Part shown: positions 48,211-57,700 of the stretch, one piece after another
Layout: each line of letters starts with the position of its first letter
Position numbering within the stretch: position 1 is the first letter of the stretch
Source of the DNA: a virus
Virus record (IMG/VR): IMGVR_UViG_3300046798_000124
Coordinates: 10,168 to 74,167 of that record
DNA: 64,000 bases
Strand: one strand, 5' to 3'
Program-made: the position numbers and the translations under genes
The notes under the pieces: generated by a model
What the model was told of the DNA's origin: nothing
The model's database searches: none
Seen by the model: only the letters and a program-made list of their open reading frames with translations

Positions 48211-48456
48211 GGGAGAAACAGTCTATTTCATGAAAGTTCCAGGCTGTTCGTGTCACAACCGCGCCGACAGGAAAAGAGGGGAGGCTCCATCCTGCCAGCA
48301 CGGTCGCCCCGTGGGGTGCGGGCATCATCCCAGGAGGTCAGGGGGTGGCAACGTGTCCTCGCCGTCGATCTCCTGTCGGACGAGGCTGACCATGACGACG
48401 CCACACGCGAGCAGCAGGAGCACCAGCAGTCCCATGGTCCACACGGTCGCCTCCTC

Positions 48457-49812
48457 TCAAGCCACGGGTGCGTACCGCTCGAGGCGGCCGACGGTGAGCA
48501 AATAGGTGTAGCTCACGCCGTTCTGACCGGTGGCCTGCTCGATGTCGTGAGGCGAGGGGGCGCCCAGCGGTAGCCAGGTCGAGCAGCGCACTGCCGGCAG
48601 CGTATTGTCCACCGCCATGGCGTCAAGAATTCCGGAGCCAATCTGTCCCCGCCACGGTCCATACGGATCGGTCGGATCCGGTGGCGAGATCGGCATCTCG
48701 GCCTCGGCGGCGGTATGGACCAGCCGCACGAGTGAGAAGCTCCCCAGGTACTCGAACTGCTCACGGTTCATGACCTGGCCAACCCCTTTCCACCCAAAAG
48801 CTGGGTTGGCGAGGAGCAGCTTGCCGTCAGCGGTCCCACGACAACCAGACCAGTGTCCCCAGGCCCTGCCGCCAATCAGCAGCGGGTGCTTCCGCGTCCT
48901 GGCTTCGGCTACGACGTCGTCGAACTCGACGTGGGCGTCCCACTCGCCGTGGTAACCGTTCTCGCCGTAGTGGCGCGTTGCCCAGGCAGCGAGGTTCTCG
49001 CCAGTCGCCAGCAAGAGGCCCTCGTCCATACTGACGACACCCTCTGACAGCATGCTGTTCTCCAGCCACTGCTCGGTCGGTAGCCTGCCGTACGAAAAAA
49101 GTCCCCACCTCATACTCGTGCAAGAACACGACCAATTGTCGTTTTGACTAATGGCAGGGTAGGTCCAGTCGAAGGTTGGCAGCGGTATCTCGGCGGGTGG
49201 TGACACGGCGACTCCTCCTGGTGGACCGAGGTCGCGGCAGATGCCGGCGATCCGTGCTGCACCTTCTGGATCGCGCCCGCCGTAGACCAGCTGTCTGACC
49301 CAGCCCCAGTCCTGCTCCTCGCAGGCATTGATCAGGGAGTACCCCTGCGGGTAGCTGACACTGGGCAAGGCACGGGTGTCTCTGAACCAGAGCGCGATGA
49401 TCGCCGCCGCCACGTCCGGATCGAGCGCCCCATCCGGGTTGCTGACGAGGTCGATACTCCCAGGAGCGGCACCCCACAGCGACTCGACTTTCTGGCCATA
49501 CGTCCGATAGTTATTCTCGTGCGTCAGTTGGATTTCACCTCGCCCAAAAAATGGATAATAGTCGAGTGTTTTTCGATAAGATTCCGCAGGCTCGGGCTCC
49601 CCCAGGTAGCACCCCTCCCTGACAGGAGCAAACTCCGAGGCTGACTCGATCGCGGTTGTACCCTGGACCCCTATCGCGACGTTGGGGGTCCAGATCCCAC
49701 AGGCGTTCAGCTGCGCTGCAATGCGGGGCCAATGCTCTCGAACATTGTCGAGCGGACACTCGCAGGCCAGGGCGATGCGGTCTGCTGGCCAGAAGCTCCA
49801 CGGATCGATCAT
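48457..49812 (-). CDS. endolysin: GH19-like glycosidase plus C39-like peptidase
   Basis: FFGRGEIQLTHENNY (GH19); SQNDNWSCSCTS...GHW...LLANP (C39-like). Confidence 0.8.
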   Translation of the reverse strand: MIDPWSFWPADRIALACECPLDNVREHWPRIAAQLNACGIWTPNVAIGVQGTTAIESASEFAPVREGCYLGEPEPAESYRKTLDYYPFFGRGEIQLTHENNYRTYGQKVESLWGAAPGSIDLVSNPDGALDPDVAAAIIALWFRDTRALPSVSYPQGYSLINACEEQDWGWVRQLVYGGRDPEGAARIAGICRDLGPPGGVAVSPPAEIPLPTFDWTYPAISQNDNWSCSCTSMRWGLFSYGRLPTEQWLENSMLSEGVVSMDEGLLLATGENLAAWATRHYGENGYHGEWDAHVEFDDVVAEARTRKHPLLIGGRAWGHWSGCRGTADGKLLLANPAFGWKGVGQVMNREQFEYLGSFSLVRLVHTAAEAEMPISPPDPTDPYGPWRGQIGSGILDAMAVDNTLPAVRCSTWLPLGAPSPHDIEQATGQNGVSYTYLLTVGRLERYAPVA

Positions 49813-50031
49813 CGATGTCGCTCCAGACTGGCCGCCTTCCGCCAGTTCGCGCGTGTGCTGTACCGAGCGCCGAGGCGCTGGCTCGACGGCTTGCGCGGGC
49901 GCGTCGGTGGTCGGCGCTGGCGTGCTCCACGCAGCCGCCTCACGGCCCAAGCACCACCTTCCAGAACGCCTGACCCCACAGCACCCAGGCGACCAGCAGC
50001 CCGATCAAGAGCAGCAGCAGGAAGAGCCCCA

Positions 50032-50244
50032 TCAGTCGTCCCCTGGTGTGACGGTGCGGTTGACTGCAGTGGTGACGATCGTGTTCCAGGCGCCAAGCAC
50101 TATTGCAAACCAGGATAACCCTAAGATGAATGGCGGTTCGGTTGAGGCCACGGTGAGTTGGCTGACAGGCCAGCCGATCAGCGACCCGATCAAAAGCACC
50201 CAGGCCAGGATCACCTGGGCACGCGGGCTCATGAGGGCGTTCAT
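50032..50244 (-). CDS. putative holin (2 TM)
   Basis: Small hydrophobic protein upstream of the endolysin; a further 30-aa TM peptide (MGLFLLLLLIGLLVAW...) follows. Confidence 0.5.
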   Translation of the reverse strand: MNALMSPRAQVILAWVLLIGSLIGWPVSQLTVASTEPPFILGLSWFAIVLGAWNTIVTTAVNRTVTPGDD

Positions 50245-50534
50245 CCGCCGTTCCGACTGACCAGGATCAGCCCAAGCTCCTGCTCGCCCGACCTGGGGTA
50301 CCGAGCGTCAACCCGCTGGAGGTACTGCTCCAGCCGATCCAGCCGCCCCTCGATGGACCTCAGGTGCATCAGCATGAACGTCTCGGTCTCGACAGAACGC
50401 TGGAGCATCGCGGCCAGCTGAGCCATCCCCTGGCAGGCGTGGATCGCTTCCAGAGCTTGTAACTCCTCGACCGTGAGCTTCCTCCCCGGGTCAGTCAGGT
50501 CCGCTTCCCACATCCTCTGACTCTGCTGCGTCAC
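50241..50534 (-). CDS. hypothetical coiled-coil protein in the lysis cassette
   Basis: 97 aa coupled ORF. Confidence 0.5.
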   Translation of the reverse strand: MTQQSQRMWEADLTDPGRKLTVEELQALEAIHACQGMAQLAAMLQRSVETETFMLMHLRSIEGRLDRLEQYLQRVDARYPRSGEQELGLILVSRNGG

Positions 50535-50538
50535 TGAC

Positions 50539-51717
50539 TCACACCTTTCGTATAAACATCACGACCTGGTACGGTGGATAGCCGTTGTTCGGGCCGGCGG
50601 TCGGGCTGTTGTTGACTCCGGTGTTGGCCGGAGTCGATCCGTCGATCTGACCAGGACCACCGGTGTTGTCGCTGTTCCCACCGGTATTGCCCGTGCCCGC
50701 CTGGCCGGTGTTCCCAGCGATATCCATCGTGCCAGGGTCGTGGGTATGACTCCCATCACCACTGGTGTTGCCGGTCCCGCCGGTGGTGTTCTGGCCGCTT
50801 GGCCCTGACGTTTTTCCGCTGATACTCAGCGGACTGCCGCTATGGCTGTGGTCAGGTCCACTGTGGACGTGGCCGGACATGCCGTGGAGGTGGGGCGCGA
50901 CGCCGTGCTGGTGGCTGGCCATCAAGTGGGTATGGCCGGCCGTCCCGCCGACCTGGGTCAGCGCGCCGATACCAGGATTCCCCGTGAAGCCCGGGACACT
51001 GTCATCGAACCCAATCGGCATCAGGTTGCGCATCGTTGTCTCGATGACCCAGCCGGATGGCGGGGTGTTGGCGTTGCGCCACATCGCGATCACCCCAACC
51101 GGCACCTCGACCGAGGCGCCTGGGACTGACGCGGCGATGTCAGCCTTCGCCTGGGCGTAGGTCAGTCCGTTGAACAGGTCGGCGTCCAGTCCGGAGTTGA
51201 CCCCGTCGTTCATGCTATGCCAGATCTTGGCCCAGCCTATCGTCCCGCCGTTGACAATCATCCGGATGTAACTGTTCTTCACGTCGGAGATGTCGAACGC
51301 CAGCTGGACCCGGTAGTCAACCCCCCAACTGGGGTGGCGGGACTGGATCAGGTGCCAGTCGGCTGGCACTGGCGTGACAGGTGGTGCATCACCCACGACG
51401 GGGAACGCGATCCGATAGAACCCTGACCCCGGCAGCGCGCCCGCAAATGAGTTGACGTTGGGATCGACGCTGACCTGATTAACCTTCTGCTCGATCATCG
51501 CCGCGCTCGGGATGGTCCCGTTCTGGTAGTCGCCGGCCTGCAACAGGCGCCAGAGGGCGCTGGTCGGCCCGTTCGCGATCAGCAGCCGACTGGCGGCCAG
51601 CGGGTCGCCACCGGTCCGACTGTCCAGCAGCGCGACGTTGGTCCCAACGGAGTTGCCCCAGTTGGAGGTGATGATGTTGCCCGGCGCCCAGGTGACCGGC
51701 AGGGGTATCAGTGGCAT
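50539..51717 (-). CDS. tail fibre protein
   Basis: WAKIWHSMNDGVNSGLDADL, VPVGVIAMW collar-like motif, HxH repeats, PPYQVVMFIRK end. Confidence 0.8.
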   Translation of the reverse strand: MPLIPLPVTWAPGNIITSNWGNSVGTNVALLDSRTGGDPLAASRLLIANGPTSALWRLLQAGDYQNGTIPSAAMIEQKVNQVSVDPNVNSFAGALPGSGFYRIAFPVVGDAPPVTPVPADWHLIQSRHPSWGVDYRVQLAFDISDVKNSYIRMIVNGGTIGWAKIWHSMNDGVNSGLDADLFNGLTYAQAKADIAASVPGASVEVPVGVIAMWRNANTPPSGWVIETTMRNLMPIGFDDSVPGFTGNPGIGALTQVGGTAGHTHLMASHQHGVAPHLHGMSGHVHSGPDHSHSGSPLSISGKTSGPSGQNTTGGTGNTSGDGSHTHDPGTMDIAGNTGQAGTGNTGGNSDNTGGPGQIDGSTPANTGVNNSPTAGPNNGYPPYQVVMFIRKV

Positions 51718-51720
51718 GAT

Positions 51721-52305
51721 TTACGTCCCCAGTCCACCCGGCGAGAAGCGTCCCACGAACGCCCGTGCTATCCAGTCGATGGAGCGCCCCGCCGCTCCCG
51801 TCACCGAGATCAGGGCGTCATTCCCACTGAAGGAGAAGCCGACCGTCCAGCTGGAGGCGGCTGGGTCCTGGTGTGTCACCAGGCTTGTCATCGCGCCAAC
51901 CTGGACCGGTCCAGCAGCCAGACGCTTCACGGTCACGTCGACCTTGAGCTTCTTGACCGCGCCGTTCCCGGCGTCGACCCCCATGACCTTCGCCTCAATG
52001 TCGTAGCCTGTCATCGTCGAGAGTGGGAGACGGAGCAGTTCATGGGTGACACCGTCGGTGGTACGTATGACCCCGTCGGTCTCGGTCGCGGCGGCGAACT
52101 CGGTGACCAACGGTGGGGCCACATGGGCGTCGACGACCGGTTCAGCCTCCGGCGGCAACGCAAGCTGCGTCCCGGTGTCGTCGTAGGTATGCAGGTTCGT
52201 CTGTTGCTGCTCGTCGAGAAACGTCCCCAGCCCCGGCACGATGATCGTGGCTGCCGCCAGCTCCTGCTGGAGCAGCGGGAGGTCGACGCGCTTCGTGATG
52301 ATCAT
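51721..52305 (-). CDS. tail-associated protein
   Basis: Beta-rich; lies among fibre genes. Confidence 0.55.
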   Translation of the reverse strand: MIITKRVDLPLLQQELAAATIIVPGLGTFLDEQQQTNLHTYDDTGTQLALPPEAEPVVDAHVAPPLVTEFAAATETDGVIRTTDGVTHELLRLPLSTMTGYDIEAKVMGVDAGNGAVKKLKVDVTVKRLAAGPVQVGAMTSLVTHQDPAASSWTVGFSFSGNDALISVTGAAGRSIDWIARAFVGRFSPGGLGT

Positions 52306-52309
52306 CGAC

Positions 52310-53056
52310 TCACCTCTTCAACTGGATCGCGTAGATGACGCCGTTCAGCATCTGGGCGGTCATGGACGCGTTCGACGTCCGCCAGCGCCAGTTCAGGGTG
52401 TGGGCAACGGCCGACGGGATCGAGAACCGTCCGCCGGCCACCAGCATCTGCTGGGCGTTGTTCGTCGCGACGATGATCGGCATATCGAAAAATTCCGAGC
52501 CACCGTCGAGGTTGAAGGCGAAGTAGATCGCGTTACCGGCGTTGAGCGAGGTGTAGACACTGCCGATCGCCCAGACCAGGATCTCGTCGTTGATCGCGGA
52601 TACTGGTATCGACAGGGATCCACCCGTGACGTTCACATACGCAGGGTTCGCCGTTGACTGCCCAAGCACGGTGGCGCCGTAGCCCTGTGTGACGGCGTGG
52701 GCCTGGATGTTCAGGGCCGTCACGGAATTGTTGGCCATATTTGCGTTGTCGATCGTTTGACCGGCAATGTTGCCGCCCGCTCCGCCGATGATGGTGCCGA
52801 CCGCGATGTCGCTGGTCGCACCGGGGCCGCCGACGATCTGCCCCCAGGCCGACTGGCCGCTGGCGGTCCGTCGCAGCACTCCCGGGGTCGCCCCCGGGGC
52901 TGTTCCCCCCAGTCCCAGCTTGGTCGCCAGGTTCTCGATGTTCGTCAGCATCCGGTTGGTCCCCGCGACATGACCGAGGCCCCCGTGCATCGAGAACAGG
53001 GTCTCGGCGACGGTCGCGTCGGGGACGTCGGGGATACCGGTGGGAAAATCAACCAT
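52310..53056 (-). CDS. minor tail or fibre protein
   Basis: Gly/Asn-rich repeats (IDNANMANNSVTALNIQAHAVTQ) and a beta-sandwich-like C-terminus. Confidence 0.65.
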   Translation of the reverse strand: MVDFPTGIPDVPDATVAETLFSMHGGLGHVAGTNRMLTNIENLATKLGLGGTAPGATPGVLRRTASGQSAWGQIVGGPGATSDIAVGTIIGGAGGNIAGQTIDNANMANNSVTALNIQAHAVTQGYGATVLGQSTANPAYVNVTGGSLSIPVSAINDEILVWAIGSVYTSLNAGNAIYFAFNLDGGSEFFDMPIIVATNNAQQMLVAGGRFSIPSAVAHTLNWRWRTSNASMTAQMLNGVIYAIQLKR

Positions 53057-53067
53057 CGTCCCTCCTC

Positions 53068-54777
53068 CTATTCACCGAAGACGCCGGTGCCGCTGGGCGG
53101 TGGGCCGGCGCTGCCGAAGACGGCGGAATCGAAGCGTCCGCCGACCCGGTCAAAGACCCGTTCGACGCCCAGCGTCACGGTATGGAGACCGCCACCCGGG
53201 GCGATCTCGTGGGAGATCTGTTCGACCCAGTACGGCTCGTTGATGGCGCCGTGCTGCTGGTACCAGCGGATCCGATCCGACACCCGGATGTGCATGATCG
53301 CGTTCATGTGCGCGGCGTCGACATTGACGATCCGCAGGGTCGCCTGCCGCCGTTCGGCCTGGTAGCGCAGGGCCATGCTGTTGACGATGTCCAGGGCCTG
53401 GCCGCGTTCGATCTCGGGCCAGGCGTCCATCGCGTGCTCTCGCGGCTGGTAACGGGCAGCGGCAACCGACGTATCGACCGTCGACCGGATCACCGATTCC
53501 GACCGCACGGGCAGGCTGACAGCGCGCAGCTGCGGGCCGTCGCTCCCACCAGCCCCGCCGAAGATCACCGCCCCGCCCGGTCCGGCGTTCCACTGGATCC
53601 GTACCAGGGTGCCCGACATCGACAGGAGCACCGGCGGCGCGACCAGCGTCCCGCTAAAGACGGTGTAATCCCCGCCCAGATCCAGCATATGCGCCTGCTT
53701 GTACGGCTCTTTCGTCACCCCTTCGATGACCGAGATGCCGGCTGGCAGGGCCAGCAACCCGCCATACTCCCAGACCCGTGCGACCTCCGGCGGATCGCCC
53801 GGCGGGTCCTGATCCGGGAACGGCGCACGATGGTTGATCGTCAGGGTCGCGGCCGAGATCACTTCATCCGGATTACTGCGGTACTCCGTCGGCGTCGTAT
53901 CGAACAGGATCGTGACGTCGGTCAGGCCATTCGCGAAGGTGTTCGCGTCGTTCGTGGGGACCTCAGCAGCATTCGCACTCGGGTTGGCCAGGAACCCGCC
54001 ACCGATGATCCACTGATCATCGGTGGATCTGGGGTTGTTGAAGCGGAACTGGCGACCCTCGAAGTGAAAGACGCCGGCCTGTTCGTAGGCGCAGCCGCCC
54101 GCCCCTTCCGCCGCCAGCAGCTGGTTCAGGATCGTCAGGCCGTCCTGGCTGCCATCCATCCACCAGTAGGTCAGGATCGTGTCGGCCTCGTCGATCACGC
54201 GCATCGCCGGGTCCCAGCCGATGGCGTCCAGCAGGACGGTGATCGCGTCGGAGACCCGGAACGGCACCGTTGGCGTGCTCTCGTACAGCTGGGTCGTCTG
54301 GGGGCGCTTGTCCAGCAGGATCGAGAACCGCCCCAGCGCCCGCACCTGGAGCGACCGCTGGGGACGGGTCAGGGTGTGCTCGACCGTGTTGACCTCGCCC
54401 GCGAACAGGCGTAACGCCTCCTTGCCGTTGGCGGCAAAGAAGACATCGTTCGCCATGACACTCGCGCTGTTACACCCGGGCGGGTCACCCCAGAGGATGT
54501 CGAAGTAGACCTTCGGGCCTCTCCCGACGAGCGGGCCGATCGGGCCGCCCGGCGAGAACTCGCCGCCCCAGTTGTTCAACGTCAGGTCGAACGCGGGCGC
54601 GGCTGGCGGGGCGTAGGCCCGGATCTGATCGCGGCCGATCCCGTCGACCGACAGGCCTGGCTGGTTCAGGTAGTACCCGGACACGTCGTCATAGGGCGTC
54701 GCCCCGACGGCCGTGCCGGTGCCCCAAATTATACATGGGTGGTAGTCGGCGGTTCGGGGGCGCGGATCGGCCGGCAT
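53068..54777 (-). CDS. tail tip or hub protein
   Basis: 569 aa directly downstream of the tape measure gene. Confidence 0.7.
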   Translation of the reverse strand: MPADPRPRTADYHPCIIWGTGTAVGATPYDDVSGYYLNQPGLSVDGIGRDQIRAYAPPAAPAFDLTLNNWGGEFSPGGPIGPLVGRGPKVYFDILWGDPPGCNSASVMANDVFFAANGKEALRLFAGEVNTVEHTLTRPQRSLQVRALGRFSILLDKRPQTTQLYESTPTVPFRVSDAITVLLDAIGWDPAMRVIDEADTILTYWWMDGSQDGLTILNQLLAAEGAGGCAYEQAGVFHFEGRQFRFNNPRSTDDQWIIGGGFLANPSANAAEVPTNDANTFANGLTDVTILFDTTPTEYRSNPDEVISAATLTINHRAPFPDQDPPGDPPEVARVWEYGGLLALPAGISVIEGVTKEPYKQAHMLDLGGDYTVFSGTLVAPPVLLSMSGTLVRIQWNAGPGGAVIFGGAGGSDGPQLRAVSLPVRSESVIRSTVDTSVAAARYQPREHAMDAWPEIERGQALDIVNSMALRYQAERRQATLRIVNVDAAHMNAIMHIRVSDRIRWYQQHGAINEPYWVEQISHEIAPGGGLHTVTLGVERVFDRVGGRFDSAVFGSAGPPPSGTGVFGE

Positions 54778-57700
54778 CAGCGTGGCACCGTCCCCAGGAA
54801 CTTGCGTCCCCGCTGGACATTGAGGTTGTAGCCGTCGATCCAGAACCGTTCGACTTCACGGTTCCCGATGTAGACCGGCATCTCGACGGTGGTGTGCCCG
54901 CCCTGTCCGCCACCCCCCATCGGCGTCACCCATTCAGGCGCTGCTTCACCCGCCATGGCGTAGGCGCCCAGCGTCTTGCCGACCAGCAGCGTCGGCTCTG
55001 GGATCAACCCGCCACGCGCGAACCCTGGCAGGCCCTGATGGACCCCGATGCCACGCTTCAGCGGGCCGTACCACTCGCCCCAGCCGTGCTCCAGGGCGTA
55101 GTCCAGCGCCCAGTCAATCGACGCCGGCCAGGCCCGAGCGTCCTCGGGCTGCCAGCCGGTGTCTTTCGTGAACTGTGTCCCCTGGCCCGCCTGATAGCCG
55201 TACCGCTCGTACCCCTTGCCGCCGTAGTGCTGCTGGAACGGCCAGAACGACCAGCCCGAGTCGAACTTGCCGATGCGCATCGGCTCCAGCCCACCCTCGC
55301 TGTCGACGACTTCCAGGGCAACGTCTTCGTCGATGTCACGCTTCTTGGCCGCGTTGCGGATGTACGTCTCGATCCGGTCGGCGTTGGCATGAGGGTCGCC
55401 GGCGTTCTTGCCGCCGGGCAGCGGGATCCGATACTGCCGCCCGAACAGACTGAAGACCAGGTAGCCGTCCTGGATCGACATGCCGTGGCCGAGATCGCGG
55501 TCACCAGCCAGCTGCGGTCCCTCGCCCGTCAGGTACGGGACCGGGTCGATATGCCCGCCGTTGACCGAGGTCCTGACGGCGTAGTGGAGGTGGGGCGAGC
55601 CCTCGGTTCCTGACTCGCCAAGGACCCCGATGTCCTGGCCGGCGTCGACGTGCTCACCCTGATCGACCAGATAGCGCTGGGCGTGGCCGTAGTAGTTGTA
55701 GAGACCATCGTCGGTCCGGATAATGAGCCCGTTGCCGCCGGCCGACTCGAACCCCTTCCAGTAGACGGTCCCCGGCTGGAACGCGCCGAACGTCTGGCCC
55801 ATCCCGTTGTTCGGCCCCGGCAACGCCAGGTCGATGCCCTGGTGGCGGGATGGCCCGCCTGACCACATCGCCCCACCCGAGAAGGGGCCGTTGTACGGCG
55901 CGTCGTAGGGGAACGTGACGCGCCAGGGGCTGGGGATCCCGCCCGCTGACGGCCCTCGCCCCTGTGGCTTGTCGGACCCTCGGCCACCGCCATGATCGCC
56001 GTCGTCGTCGCCGCCGCCATCACCCGACTTGACATCGATCTTCTGGTCTTTGAGCAGGCGCTTGAAGTTCTCCGCGATGTCAGCGAACGTCTTGTCCGCA
56101 ACCTCCATGATCGGCTTTTGGAAATTGTCTTCCCAGTCTTTCTTGGTGTCCTTCAAGCCCTCGATGGTGTTCTTGTGGACATCCTCCAGTTGCTTGAACA
56201 GGCCATGGACCGGGTCATTGAAGGTCGATTCGATGGCCTTCTTCTCGTTGTCGTACTGCTTGTTGACCTCAATGGTGCGGAGGTCGTATTGCTCCTTGGT
56301 CGTCTCGTACGCCTGCTTGAGCTTCGGGATCAGGCCGGTCTCGGGGTCGTCGTAGACGTCGTGGATCCGCTGGGTCTCGTTGCGAGCCAGGGTGTCGGCT
56401 GCATCTTTCCGCAGCCCCCACTCGGTGGTGTACTGCTCGAGGGCATCCTTGCTGGCCTGGATCTGGGCATCCGAGGTGTCGTGGGCCGCCAGCTGTTCGA
56501 TGCGGGCGGTCTCCTCGGCCTCCTTGCGCTTGTCCTGCGCCGCCAGATCCTCGGCCGTGCGGTGGTCCCGAATGCGCCGCTGGACCTCTTTGAGGGCATC
56601 TTCATCGCGACGCTGAAGCTCCTGGTTATCGTCGTCTTCCTGCTTCTTCTTGACAGCCAGGGCCGCCAGCGCCGCGTCGCGCTCATCCTCGATCCGAATC
56701 TTCTTCTTGGCCAGGGCGTCCTTCTCGCGCCGCTCGGCATCTTCGAGCTTGGTCTTGGCGTCGTCGGCAACCTCCTGCCGCTTGACCTTCTCCTGCTCGA
56801 GCGCATCCTTCCGCGCTGCCAGGCCGTCCTTGATCTTGGTCAGGTCGTCGTCAGCCGCGATCTTCCGCGCGTCCAGGAGATCCTTGACCAGCTTTAGCTC
56901 ATCGTCGGCTGCGATCTTCCTGGCATCGAGCACATCCTTGACCAGGGTGTACTCATCGTCGGCCGCCCGCTTCCTGGCGTCGATCCCGTCCTTGATCTGC
57001 TCCAGCTCGTCGTCGGCCGCCCGCTTCTTGGCGTCGACCTCGTCCTTGATGACGCGGAGGGCGTCGTCGGCCGCATCCTTGCGCCCCTTGACGCTCTTCT
57101 CGACGGCGTCGAGCGTCTCGTCGGCCAGCTTCTTCTGGTCGTCAATGGCGTCGAGGATCTGCTGGTGCTCGCGATCGGCCTGGTTCTTAGCGAGTTTTCC
57201 CCCCTCAACGAGGGCGTCCTTCTTCGCTTTGAGCTGGGCGACCGCAGCGTCGTGAACGGCATCCGCCGTCTCATCGGCAATCGCCCGCTCAGCAGCCGCA
57301 ACCTCGGCGGCGTTGCCACCAGACTGGGCCTTCGCCAGGGCGCTCTGGAGGTCGGCCATCTTCGAGGCGCGCTTGTCGGTCTCCTGGGCCGCGTCGAGCG
57401 CGTCCACCGACGCGTCCACAAACGCCAGCTGTGCCCGCAGCTCCTCTTCGAGGTTGTCGAGGACGGTCTGGTGACGGTCATCCTCGGCGTCTTTCCGCTC
57501 CTTGAGTGCGTCGATGGCGGCGTCGTGGATCTCCTTCGCCAGATCCAGCTCGTCGTCGAGCCCGTCGACGGTCGTCCGGTGCGCCCGCTCTGCGGCGTCG
57601 GCCTGATCTTCGAGCCCCCGGGTGATCACATCGTGGGCGTCTTCGGCGCGCTTCGCCTCGTCGTCCAGGCCACGGGTGACGGTGTCGTGGCGCTTCTGCG